This document shows positions 1 through 8,113 of a stretch of DNA of 12,511 nt, in pieces; position 1 is the first letter of the stretch; every line of letters starts with the position of its first letter. Position numbers and translations under genes: made by a program. The stretch lies in IMG/VR virus record IMGVR_UViG_2693429508_000013. The stretch is one strand, 5' to 3'. Under the pieces are notes generated by a model, which was given only the letters and a program-made list of their open reading frames with translations, was not told the DNA's origin and searched no databases. This stretch comes from a virus (taxonomy: Duplodnaviria > Heunggongvirae > Uroviricota > Caudoviricetes).

Positions 1-182
1 ACACTAAATCAGTAAGTTGGCAGCATCACCCCGCCACAGAACAATTATTGCTTTTGCCGTTGATGACAATAAAGTTTTTATCGCAGGCGTATACCACGGT
101 GGGCAAATCTATGAAACCGATTTTTTATCCAGTGCACCGTAAAACCCCCATCCTTCAGGGCGTGGCGGATATCAAACTTTGG

Positions 183-1265
183 TCATTTTCTCTGGCTGAT
201 CTTTACCGGATAACCATCCCGAAGATCAATTAAGTGCTCCGGTTCAGAAGCAAACCATGCATAAGATCCCCACGCCAATTCTGGTATTGCCTTTTTAAAA
301 GGCAGAGCACTTCTGTCCATAAATGCCGTAAGGAATGCAAGATTTTTCTCGCTGAACCCAGCGTCAATAGCCAAATGAGTGAGAGTAACTTTTCGTTCCC
401 TGTTTATAGGCCCATCTGTCGCAACTACTTCAGTGAAAACTACAAGCATGTCCGAACCCGTTCGGTCCTCTCCCAAATCAATCAAAATAATATCTGGAAG
501 TGCTTTTGAGGCATCAATATTCAGCCCCAATGCTTTTGCCAATACATCATCCTGAGCAACAACTTTATTCCCGGATTCAGACAACCAGAGCACAGTTGGA
601 TTCTTAAGAAAATTAGGAGCAAAAACTTCGATGACGGCCTTAGCTATTGTACTTGACGGGCCCGGAGCTAAAGTTCTCTTCTCTCCATTTGGGAAAGTGA
701 CGACTACGGCATCAGCAGCAATCACTGCCCCTGATTTCAATAAACGCAACCTAGCAAGAGCGGCTTTGTTCAAATGATTTTCTTGCCAGGAACTTATTGC
801 ACTCAGCAGCGAATCTCCTTCAAGCCCGGCATCAAAGAGTGCTGCAAAAGAGCGATTCAAACTGTAACGAGGACGAGAGGATGTGGTGGGTATACCTTTA
901 CGCTCAACAATTGCATTGCAAGGTATTAGGCCATTTTTTATAGTTTCATCACGTATTGGCTCACGCGTATTTTCCGCATACCATGCATCAGCAGGCCTTA
1001 TCTTTTGTTTAGAGAAAGTCATCTTTACCCAGCTTTCTCTGGACGCATCATCAGTAAGAGCAGCCTGCGAATCTCCCATACTTACAACCTGGCTGGGCCT
1101 TATCCATCGCCCCAGCCCCTCAACCGCACCAGCATAAAACATGACAAAAATTGTTTTTGCAGCTATTTCCCGAATTAAATATCCACGATTCTCAGTCCCT
1201 TCAGGGAAAATTAATTGTAATCTTTCCCGGATAACATTCAATGGGGGAACAACAGGCAGATTCAT
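183..1265 (-). CDS. Putative Type II restriction endonuclease, cognate to the upstream methyltransferase
   Basis: 360-aa ORF. Its ATG (1265-1263) overlaps the TGA stop of the methyltransferase gene (ATGA overlap on the minus strand), so M then R sit in one coupled operon. No methyltransferase motifs. The nuclease call rests on gene context and AT-rich cargo-like composition, not on a recognised catalytic motif. Confidence 0.55.
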   Translation of the reverse strand: MNLPVVPPLNVIRERLQLIFPEGTENRGYLIREIAAKTIFVMFYAGAVEGLGRWIRPSQVVSMGDSQAALTDDASRESWVKMTFSKQKIRPADAWYAENTREPIRDETIKNGLIPCNAIVERKGIPTTSSRPRYSLNRSFAALFDAGLEGDSLLSAISSWQENHLNKAALARLRLLKSGAVIAADAVVVTFPNGEKRTLAPGPSSTIAKAVIEVFAPNFLKNPTVLWLSESGNKVVAQDDVLAKALGLNIDASKALPDIILIDLGEDRTGSDMLVVFTEVVATDGPINRERKVTLTHLAIDAGFSEKNLAFLTAFMDRSALPFKKAIPELAWGSYAWFASEPEHLIDLRDGYPVKISQRK

Positions 1266-3094
1266 GCAATCATCACTCCATAGAAACCAGCGATAGTTCT
1301 CTCAATAATCCGTCTGTGGACGCCAGCATCAATTAACGATTGAATCTCCATCACCTGCTCCAGAGAAGGCAACGGGATTGAATTCAATTCATAGGCCGAA
1401 ACAGCAACACTTCCGCTTATACACCTGAACGCCCGATCGACAACATGCGAATTAAGTAGCATATCAATAACATCAGGGCGAACCGCAGAGAACAATCCGT
1501 TTGAATATACAATATTAATATGGTTTTCAACTACTACGCCACCAGTTTCATCTATAAATCCCTGAGGTAAAATTGCCGCTAAAATCCTTCTGTCCTGTTC
1601 CTTCGATGTTGTCCGCTGAACAAGCACACATTCAGATTTTGTCACAAGGAAACCCTGTTGTGGGGTTATATCGATATAGGGAACATGATTTTTTCTGTCT
1701 GCACTAAAACGAAAACCAGCTGAAGTTATTGATTCCGCCCAGACTAATGGGTAGCTATTTTTTCCTTTCGTCGTACGCAACTGCGACTTAAATCGATTCC
1801 AGACTAACTGACCTGTAGAGACTGAGTATCCCAGATCAGCTAAACGCGTAGACATCTGTTTTAATACATTAAGAAAACAGGCATCATCTTTAACGCGTGG
1901 CAAAAGCCACGTTGCTCCACCTTTTTCTATATCAACATTACCTATTTTCTCAATTTTTGCTTTGTTCAACCCCTTAGGGACAAGTGAGGATACCTGGGCC
2001 CGAACTTTATGTTCTCCCGCCTTGAATGCTGTCAACATTGTTTCCTGGAGAACATCGTCAAAGACCCCATCCCTGTCAGTGACGAAATCAAGGGCATACG
2101 GAGTAGTTTTTTCGGTCAAAAGGGTTCGCAGCGCGGTGAAATACTGCCCACCAAGAAAAGAAGTTGGCGTAAGAAATGCAATAACTCCTGTTTTCTCTTT
2201 AACCATGCGAACAGCTAAGTCGGTGAACAATCCATATAGATTTGCATGACCAAATAACGAACGAGAATATTTTTCTCTCGTTTTAATATCGAGAGTGACA
2301 CGTCCGTAAGGCGGATTCCCTACCACAAGATCATAACCAGAAAATTTATCTTGCTGAAGCGCATCAGCAACAATAATTGTATCTTCAGGCAATCTACGTT
2401 TTACCTTTACACATAGTGGCATTAGTACAGATTCGAGCAATACCAAACTCATCCAAGCCGCAAATGGATCGATTTCTATCCCCTTTAAACGACGACTGAT
2501 TCTCCTCAACATCCATTCAGGGGAAGACCCCTTGTCTTTTTTTAACATTCGAATGGCTACTGGTGCCAAAAATGCACCGCCACCACACGCAGGATCAATA
2601 ACCGATGCATGAGAAAAATCAACACCAGACTTTTCAGCCAGGTCCAAGAGACGCGCTACCAAAGGTGGGGGGGTATAGTAAGCCCCCAATTCCGAACGGT
2701 AAGCGGATGGCAGCATTACCGTATAAATTGACCCAATCAGATATCCAGCGTCCTCCGCCGGAAATTGAGCAATAAGCTCACCTGTTCGTTCAGCGAGCTC
2801 GCGTGCATCACATGGAATGTCTTCTATGTAAACAGTGTGCGGTACTGCCCTCATTTTAATGCTGCTTTTTTGCTTTTTTGCAAGGGTATCCCAATATGCA
2901 GCTACGATGCTGAAGCAGTATGAGCGGGCATGCATCAACCTTGACTGCCCGGTTTTGTAATTGCCCGCATAACCTTTGGCCATGGCTTTACAAGTTTGAT
3001 ATCTTTCCAGATTAGAAAACTCATTATCTGTAAAAAAATCAAAATGTTGCACATTCATAATGTAAAATCCTAATGTATCAAACATGCGGGCCAT
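1262..3094 (-). CDS. N6-adenine DNA methyltransferase, gamma class (Eco57I-like amino-MTase fold)
   Basis: 610-aa ORF with motif X (YYTPPPLV), motif I SAM-binding (VIDPACGGGAFL) and motif IV catalytic (DLVVGNPPYG) in the gamma-class order X-I-IV. The long C-terminal half is consistent with a target-recognition domain. ATG at 3094-3092. Confidence 0.88.
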   Translation of the reverse strand: MARMFDTLGFYIMNVQHFDFFTDNEFSNLERYQTCKAMAKGYAGNYKTGQSRLMHARSYCFSIVAAYWDTLAKKQKSSIKMRAVPHTVYIEDIPCDARELAERTGELIAQFPAEDAGYLIGSIYTVMLPSAYRSELGAYYTPPPLVARLLDLAEKSGVDFSHASVIDPACGGGAFLAPVAIRMLKKDKGSSPEWMLRRISRRLKGIEIDPFAAWMSLVLLESVLMPLCVKVKRRLPEDTIIVADALQQDKFSGYDLVVGNPPYGRVTLDIKTREKYSRSLFGHANLYGLFTDLAVRMVKEKTGVIAFLTPTSFLGGQYFTALRTLLTEKTTPYALDFVTDRDGVFDDVLQETMLTAFKAGEHKVRAQVSSLVPKGLNKAKIEKIGNVDIEKGGATWLLPRVKDDACFLNVLKQMSTRLADLGYSVSTGQLVWNRFKSQLRTTKGKNSYPLVWAESITSAGFRFSADRKNHVPYIDITPQQGFLVTKSECVLVQRTTSKEQDRRILAAILPQGFIDETGGVVVENHINIVYSNGLFSAVRPDVIDMLLNSHVVDRAFRCISGSVAVSAYELNSIPLPSLEQVMEIQSLIDAGVHRRIIERTIAGFYGVMIA

Positions 3095-3153
3095 AACATC
3101 TCATGGTGGCGCATAGCAAACTGGCCCGAAGAATATCACGCACCAAGTCGATC

Positions 3154-3169
3154 TCATAACCCGTTATGA
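3154..3169. promoter_or_regulatory. Perfect inverted repeat TCATAAC-CC-GTTATGA in the R-M upstream region
   Basis: 7-bp arms with a 2-bp spacer, about 60-75 bp upstream of the methyltransferase start codon in the 3095-3308 intergenic region. Candidate operator; no binding protein identified. Confidence 0.3.
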
Positions 3170-3308
3170 CAATAAATCTTTGTAGCTGAACTCACTTGGT
3201 GATTTGTCAATCATTCCTGGCCTCCAGTTCGTCCTGAATCTCTTTATCGAGTTCACCGTATTTGTTAGTCCTCATCACTCACGACTTGACTTCCAGAAAT
3301 AACCTTGA

Positions 3309-3665
3309 TTATTCGGGGCTATATTTTGTCACCCTGCGTATCCGCGCTTTCGCATTACGCTCAATCTGGATTAGCTTTTCTATATTTTTTCGCCTTTCCC
3401 GCTCCTCCTGGCGCAAGAGCCTTACATCATCTGCCAGTCTGGTTTCTCTTTTCGCCACAGAGAGCATCCAGTCAAATGGCTCCACAACTGCACCGCAAAT
3501 TTTACAGCGGACCTGACGCTCTTTTTCGTCAACCCGGACAGAAGCGTGATGGCAATATGGTCTTTCCGATGGCTCATAAAGAAAATTAACCTGATTACGA
3601 GGGTTATCCTCTTTTACCGGAAATAAAACAATATTGCTTAACTCATCTTCTGGTTTTATTTCCAT
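3309..3665 (-). CDS. Hypothetical phage protein with a possible zinc-binding motif
   Basis: ATG at 3665-3663 preceded by a strong SD (AAGGAGAGGAG); the longer ORF in the track begins at a GTG at 3722. 118 aa, MEIKPEDEL..., containing C-H-H ... C-x2-C (PYCHH ... CKICG). Same strand as and immediately downstream of the replication genes. Confidence 0.6.
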   Translation of the reverse strand: MEIKPEDELSNIVLFPVKEDNPRNQVNFLYEPSERPYCHHASVRVDEKERQVRCKICGAVVEPFDWMLSVAKRETRLADDVRLLRQEERERRKNIEKLIQIERNAKARIRRVTKYSPE

Positions 3666-3722
3666 GCTCCTCTCCTTTGATGCGAATGCCAGCGGTAATT
3701 GAAGCCTGATAGCTAATTTCAC

Positions 3723-4145
3723 TCACAGTACCGCCTCCTGAAAATCACCCTGATAGAAAGCCGGTACACGCTGCATAACTTCACTCTTCCGGCACTCGCG
3801 ACAGATTATGTTCTGATGTCTGTCGTAGCGGCGTATTTCTCCGTCTGGTAATGACCAGATAAGGTCAGGATCAACCACAGATGGTTTCTTCAGATTTGCC
3901 CTTGAGAGTTTTTTGCGGGCGTTTTGCCAGTCCTTACGAGCCTGTTCAGACGGGAATAACCCGTAGCCAGAGTTGTATACATCCCCACTGGCAACCAGCT
4001 CTCTGGCGAGAACGCTTATTAAATATCTTGTCGCCCCGGTTTTAGCTTCCAGTTGTCGTAACGTCTCGCGCCCACTCTGGCGTACGAGTTCAACAACCTG
4101 CCCCTTAATTTTTTCCCGCTCTTCCTGTGTAAATACTTTTGCCAT
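3723..4145 (-). CDS. Hypothetical phage protein
   Basis: ATG at 4145-4143 (MAKVFTQEE...); the track ORF starts at a TTG at 4160. 140 aa, basic, with a C-terminal CxxC (ICRECRK). Start lies 15 nt downstream of the upstream gene stop (coupled). Confidence 0.6.
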   Translation of the reverse strand: MAKVFTQEEREKIKGQVVELVRQSGRETLRQLEAKTGATRYLISVLARELVASGDVYNSGYGLFPSEQARKDWQNARKKLSRANLKKPSVVDPDLIWSLPDGEIRRYDRHQNIICRECRKSEVMQRVPAFYQGDFQEAVL

Positions 4146-4160
4146 AAGCGCCCCCGGCAA

Positions 4161-4886
4161 TCACTTTTCCGACACAATACGACCGGAGGAATCGACAATC
4201 TGTCGAACAATATCCCGGTGCTTGTTCAGCTCCCGCAACGCGGCGCAGACACGCTCCCACTTCTGGACATGACTTTTCGCCCGACGCAGTTCGCGGTTTG
4301 CCATATGCAGCGATGGTAAAACCAGGTCATCCGCTTGCGTTTCGGTGAACGATGGCAACGACTGCACAATGTCCGCCACAGTTTCTGTTTTAATTTCTTC
4401 CTGTGTTGCAGCTTCCTGTACCGGTAACGCAACACCTGCTGGCTGAGGAAAGACTTTACCATCCGTTTCCGCTATGGATGCGGCTTTCGGCTCTGCCGGT
4501 AAATCAGCGCCCGGTATGCAGTACCGAAATTTACCGCCCTGATTCACGCGAATCAGACGCCCTTTGCTGATTGCCATGGCCAGCGATGAATTCGCCCGGC
4601 GGGAGGTAATCCCGAACATCAGTGCCAGCTCATCCGCCGTTTGTGGGCCATGTTGTTCAATCGCCTCAGTCAGCATTTGCGCTGTCACTTTCGGTACCGG
4701 TGACACTGGTTCACTTTCACCAGCCTGAATCAGCCACCACATCGAACCCTTGTTATCCGCTTCACCACGGCGCTTCAGTTTCCACAGTTCGTTGACCGCA
4801 TCTTCACGGCTGATTCCAAGGCGGGACGCCACCACATGTGAAGAGGCTCTTTTCAGTGCTTTCAGTGCGTCAAATACAGTTTCCAT
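4161..4886 (-). CDS. Hypothetical phage protein with two winged-helix-like segments
   Basis: ATG at 4886-4884 with SD GGAGGA 6 nt upstream (minus strand); the track ORF starts at a TTG at 4904. 241 aa. N-terminal [26 protein letters not shown] and a second [31 protein letters not shown] segment resemble HTH/winged-helix units. Starts 22 nt after the DnaC-like stop. Confidence 0.65.
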   Translation of the reverse strand: METVFDALKALKRASSHVVASRLGISREDAVNELWKLKRRGEADNKGSMWWLIQAGESEPVSPVPKVTAQMLTEAIEQHGPQTADELALMFGITSRRANSSLAMAISKGRLIRVNQGGKFRYCIPGADLPAEPKAASIAETDGKVFPQPAGVALPVQEAATQEEIKTETVADIVQSLPSFTETQADDLVLPSLHMANRELRRAKSHVQKWERVCAALRELNKHRDIVRQIVDSSGRIVSEK

Positions 4887-4907
4887 TAAAACATCCTCCA
4901 ACAAAAA

Positions 4908-5654
4908 TTACTTCACAACTCCCGGAAAGCTGACATTTGAACGCCAGCTATCCCAGTTAAACGTCACCCACCGACAACCGTTCATGGTCATGCGGTCCAT
5001 AATCCTCTCACCAAGAAGCGTGCTCATTGCGGCATGATTCAGGTTTGTTAACATCCCGACACTGCACAGTGATGCTGTCCGGCGATCAATTATCTGGTGC
5101 AATACCACCTGCTCGTTTTTCGTCTCCCGCTGAATGCCTATTTCATCCAGGACCAGCAAATCAACCCCGCAAAGCTCCTGTAAAAATTTTTCACCGGATT
5201 TGCCGTTGTCGTAGCTGTCATGCAACACGCTCATGACATCAGACACGGTGACGATAATCACGCTGCGCCCCTTCGCCATCAGCCAGTTACCCATCGCCGC
5301 TGCAAGGTGATTTTTCCCGGTGCCGGTTTTACCGCTGAACACAAAATTCGTGCACCCGGTCATCAGTTCGTCAGCTATGGATTTGGCCTGGCTCAGCGCG
5401 TATTTTTGCCCGTCGTTCTGCACCTGATAATTCGCAAACGAGCATTTGCTGTGCAGAGGCTGGATGCCCGAACGATTCAGGATTTTTTCCACCCGCAACT
5501 GGCGATTCTGGCGGTTAATCTCCTCGCTGCGTTTTCGTCCTTCAGCAAGTTGCCATTCCCGCCACTCCTCCACCGTCCGGTACGGTGGAACCGCCCCCTG
5601 TGGTGCAAGTCTGTGAATACGTTCAAGAACCCCGGCTGCCGCAATGTTTTTCAT
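4908..5654 (-). CDS. DnaC-like replicative helicase loader (AAA+ ATPase)
   Basis: 248 aa with Walker A (FSGKTGTGKNHLA) and Walker B (DLLVLDEIG). ATG 5654-5652 lies 6 nt after the TGA of the upstream O-like gene (coupling). Confidence 0.9.
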   Translation of the reverse strand: MKNIAAAGVLERIHRLAPQGAVPPYRTVEEWREWQLAEGRKRSEEINRQNRQLRVEKILNRSGIQPLHSKCSFANYQVQNDGQKYALSQAKSIADELMTGCTNFVFSGKTGTGKNHLAAAMGNWLMAKGRSVIIVTVSDVMSVLHDSYDNGKSGEKFLQELCGVDLLVLDEIGIQRETKNEQVVLHQIIDRRTASLCSVGMLTNLNHAAMSTLLGERIMDRMTMNGCRWVTFNWDSWRSNVSFPGVVK

Positions 5655-5660
5655 GCCACA

Positions 5661-6725
5661 TCACCCCCTGAATCCCGGCGGAATTTCGGTATCCGGTTCA
5701 GAAATATGATTCACACAACGCTGGTTGTTCGTGCCGCTTACCGGGAGCAACCAGGGGTTTTCAAAATTCCGGTCCGGCCCAAAAAACGTCGTCGCTCGCT
5801 GAACAAATTCCGTTCCCGCTTTCCCGGTCGCCGCCAGGTATCTCGCGTAACGCCTCACACCATCCAGCATGGTCTCTGGTGGCACCCCCTCGCGCAATCT
5901 GGCCTTCCAGGCACTGAATGCGGATTTCTTCGGGTTTGCCCCGGCACGCAACGGGTATTCCCGCCAGACCTGTTCGAACACATCCGGATAATCCACTCGT
6001 CCCACAGGCTGCCCGGTGTTTTCCGGGGCTACCCGATCGGCTTCCCGCTGAATGGCGGAATCGGCTTCAGGCTGCTGCAGTTGGAGTGATTGCTCCGGCC
6101 TTGCGGTCATCACCTGCTGCACAGCGCCCGAATCGGCTTTCAGCGCATACGCTGAATCGGCTTCCGGTGTCGAGCCTGCTGGCTGACCAGGATTGACGGT
6201 CTGAACATCCCCTGCCTGGTTCGTGGCGTTTTTTACGCCATGGACCATAGTGTTTTGATCTTCTTTATCTGTATCTTTATCTGTATCTGTCGTGACTCGT
6301 CGTGACATGTGCGTGACATTTCGTGACGCGCCGTGACAATCGCCATTTTGTTCCCGCTTTCTTTCCCTCTCTCGCTGCGCCCTCTTGCGCTCTGCAGGAG
6401 ATTTTGCGGTTTGCGAAATATTGCCGTTGTCCTCTTTAAGCACCTGGCGTTTTTCCCATCCAGTGATTAAATCACCATCAAGTACCCGCCCCTGCATCGT
6501 CTGCAAAATTGAATCAATTACCTCTTCTGTCACGTCGAGCGCACTTGCCAAATCTTCTGTCGTGACATCAATGTGACCTCGCGTGACATTTCGTGACGCG
6601 CTCACCAGGAGGTGGATATACACTGCCATCACTGTTGCAATTGGCTGCCCTGACACCCTGGCAATTGTTCGCCACTTAGGGTCATTTGGCATGTCATGCC
6701 ATAATCTGAGCCAGGCGTTAGCCAT
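5661..6725 (-). CDS. Phage replisome organizer / replication initiator (lambda O-like)
   Basis: ATG at 6725-6723 (MANAWLRLWHDMPNDPKW...), SD-like AAGAGG just upstream; the track ORF starts at a GTG at 6731. The N-terminal domain resembles phage replisome-organizer N-terminal domains. The central region is low-complexity, T/D/K-rich, and is encoded by the iteron DNA. Directly upstream of the DnaC-like loader. Confidence 0.8.
   Translation of the reverse strand: MANAWLRLWHDMPNDPKWRTIARVSGQPIATVMAVYIHLLVSASRNVTRGHIDVTTEDLASALDVTEEVIDSILQTMQGRVLDGDLITGWEKRQVLKEDNGNISQTAKSPAERKRAQRERERKREQNGDCHGASRNVTHMSRRVTTDTDKDTDKEDQNTMVHGVKNATNQAGDVQTVNPGQPAGSTPEADSAYALKADSGAVQQVMTARPEQSLQLQQPEADSAIQREADRVAPENTGQPVGRVDYPDVFEQVWREYPLRAGANPKKSAFSAWKARLREGVPPETMLDGVRRYARYLAATGKAGTEFVQRATTFFGPDRNFENPWLLPVSGTNNQRCVNHISEPDTEIPPGFRG
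6263..6337. repeat. Iteron cluster 1 plus adjacent AT-rich direct repeat (candidate origin) inside the O-like gene
   Basis: 12-bp direct repeat CTTTATCTGTAT x2 (6263-6286), followed by five CGTGAC hexamers at 6291, 6301, 6312, 6322, 6332 (10-11 bp spacing, one helical turn). Includes the 20-mer GCGTGACATTTCGTGACGCG at 6311-6330. Confidence 0.65.
6529..6600. repeat. Iteron cluster 2 inside the O-like gene
   Basis: CGTGAC at 6561, 6582, 6592, TGTGAC at 6572, and an inverted copy GTCACG at 6529-6534. An exact second copy of GCGTGACATTTCGTGACGCG at 6581-6600, 270 bp from the first. Confidence 0.6.
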
Positions 6726-6796
6726 ACTCACCTCTTCTGATACCGAATCTTTTTACTCACGAGTTGCCGGGAGCGATTCGATATGGCTATTGTCAG

Positions 6797-7222
6797 TCAA
6801 TGTACTGCCACAGCATTTCCTGCCGGGCCACCACGGTTCATCTGATTGAAACCGGCGATTGCCACTGCGACAAAATCATCAGCGTCTCTCACCAGTCGTT
6901 CATGCGTCTCCACCAGTTCCCGAAAATAAGCTGAACTGTGGCTGCGCATTCGAGCCACCAGCGGAGGTGGCATTGCCCTTTCGATCGCAGGTAACAACGC
7001 CTGAATTTTTTCAACAGCGTCAGGGGTGTCTTTATCCAGCCAACGGAAAATCTTTTGGGTGTTGAGATAAAGCGTGTTGTGCTTGCTGTCGTTATGCAGA
7101 ACCGGAAACGTCATTCCCAGTTCGAAATAAACCCTGGTTATTTCAGCTGCCGGAACTTTTTCACCGTCCGGATGCGCCCAGGCTTTCATCGCCATGCGGA
7201 TGTGTTCATGCTTGATTTTCAT
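6797..7222 (-). CDS. ydaT: YdaT-like protein (CII-like regulator family of Rac-type prophages)
   Basis: 141 aa, MKIKHEHIRMAMKAWAHPDGEKVPAAEI...; recognised from memory as YdaT-like. Its ATG overlaps the TGA of the upstream Cro-like gene (ATGA at 7219-7222). Confidence 0.75.
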   Translation of the reverse strand: MKIKHEHIRMAMKAWAHPDGEKVPAAEITRVYFELGMTFPVLHNDSKHNTLYLNTQKIFRWLDKDTPDAVEKIQALLPAIERAMPPPLVARMRSHSSAYFRELVETHERLVRDADDFVAVAIAGFNQMNRGGPAGNAVAVH

Positions 7223-7482
7223 GAATCAACCCCCGCCGATGGTTGTGTGTTAGCCTGAAACTCAGCAGGCAAGCCGTCAGTTGGGTTGGGGTAGGTTTTA
7301 CTGTCAATCTCATGTGGGGTCACCACCCATCCCGTTGCTTCACACCAACGTAATATTTTTTCTCCTGTAAGTTTTGCACGCCCCGTTATAACGTGGCTGA
7401 CCATCCCTTGGGATGCGCCAACAATCTCAGCAAATGAACTCTGGGTTATATGAAAATGATGCAAATATTCTCCAAGATTCAT
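7219..7482 (-). CDS. ydaS: YdaS-like Cro-type HTH protein
   Basis: ATG at 7482-7480 (MNLGEYLHHFHITQSSFAEIVGASQGMVSHVITGRAKLTGEKILRW...); the track ORF starts at a TTG at 7509. 87 aa, single HTH. Divergent from the repressor gene across an operator-bearing intergenic region. Confidence 0.75.
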   Translation of the reverse strand: MNLGEYLHHFHITQSSFAEIVGASQGMVSHVITGRAKLTGEKILRWCEATGWVVTPHEIDSKTYPNPTDGLPAEFQANTQPSAGVDS

Positions 7483-7517
7483 AATCCGCCCTATGTGATG
7501 TGTTACCAATGCATAAT

Positions 7518-7559
7518 TAATAGCACTGTTATTTTTAAAAGTAAATAGTGATGCTATTT
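7518..7559. promoter_or_regulatory. OR-like operator pair in the divergent promoter region
   Basis: Two 17-bp palindromic sites separated by 8 bp: TAATAG-CACTG-TTATTT (7518-7534) and AAATAG-TGATG-CTATTT (7543-7559, perfect 6-5-6 palindrome). They lie between the divergent Cro-like and repressor starts. Confidence 0.55.
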
Positions 7560-7593
7560 CAAAGTGATTAGCAATCTTATTAGAATTGGATGT

Positions 7594-8094
7594 ATGAAAA
7601 GAAAATCATTGTCAGACACCGACCTCAACGCCGCCAGAAGACTGAAAGAAATCTGGATGGCAAAGAAATCTCAGTTGGGATTGACTCAGGAACGTGCGGC
7701 GGAAATTATGGGGTTTTCAACACAAGGGGCGGTAAGTCACTACCTAAATGGTCAAACCCCACTAAACCTTGAGGCTGTTCTAAAGTTTGCTGGCTTACTG
7801 AAAGTTCCCCCTGAGTCAATCAGGCCAGACATGGTAGATTTGCTGCAAATTGCAAGGATGTATTGTCGAGAACCACAGCAAGATAACATAGTCGCATTAC
7901 CAGCAGACACAGAACAAACAGAGGATGAACTACCGTTTGCCGTAGAGCCGATGGAACGAGATTTAATCCATACGTTCAGAGCTTTTCCGAAAGAAGATCA
8001 AGAACACATGCTTCAGGAGATGAAAGATAAAAAAGAATCAATGGATCGTACGGTTGCGCGGTGGTTAGCTGCACAAAAAGGCCGTCGCGCCTAA
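7594..8094 (+). CDS. Phage repressor-like HTH regulator without a peptidase S24 domain (PaaR-like)
   Basis: ATG at 7594 (MKRKSLSDTDLNAARRLKEIWMAKKSQLGLTQERAAEIMGFSTQGAVSHYLNG...); the track ORF starts at a GTG at 7564. cI/434-type N-terminal HTH, acidic C-terminus, no Ala-Gly/Ser-Lys LexA-like features. First gene of a three-gene unit ending in parE. Confidence 0.75.
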   Translation: MKRKSLSDTDLNAARRLKEIWMAKKSQLGLTQERAAEIMGFSTQGAVSHYLNGQTPLNLEAVLKFAGLLKVPPESIRPDMVDLLQIARMYCREPQQDNIVALPADTEQTEDELPFAVEPMERDLIHTFRAFPKEDQEHMLQEMKDKKESMDRTVARWLAAQKGRRA

Positions 8095-8113
8095 ATCAGA
8101 GGAGATATGTAAA

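Noticed and set aside
1-182. Partial gene or terminator at the left edge
   Set aside because: All three minus-strand frames contain stops in this stretch, no convincing hairpin plus U-run was found, and no start signal is present.
48-509. Plus-strand ORFs 48-233 (61 aa) and 234-509 (91 aa) at the left edge
   Set aside because: No SD. Both overlap the 3' end or body of the endonuclease gene on the opposite strand, and the translations are low-complexity.
3262-3589. Plus-strand ORFs 3262-3516 and 3305-3589
   Set aside because: Antisense to the SD-supported minus-strand gene 3309-3665, with no ribosome-binding site.
3973-4462. Overlapping ORFs 3973-4272 (+), 4019-4210 (-) and 4226-4462 (-)
   Set aside because: Alternative-frame or antisense ORFs nested inside the coupled genes 3723-4145 and 4161-4886, with no independent start signals.
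5220-6089. 289-aa plus-strand ORF spanning the DnaC-like/O-like gene boundary
   Set aside because: Antisense to two well-supported, translationally coupled genes in a GC-rich stretch. No SD. The translation is Arg/Pro-rich and low-complexity, typical of antisense frames.
6256-6600. CGTGAC repeats as a CRISPR-like or simple tandem repeat
   Set aside because: Hexamers at helical-turn spacing inside a replication initiator gene, next to an AT-rich repeat, fit origin iterons, not CRISPR.
7564-7593. GTG start at 7564 giving a 176-aa repressor
   Set aside because: It would place 10 codons inside the operator/promoter region. ATG 7594 gives a conventional repressor N-terminus (MKRKSL...).
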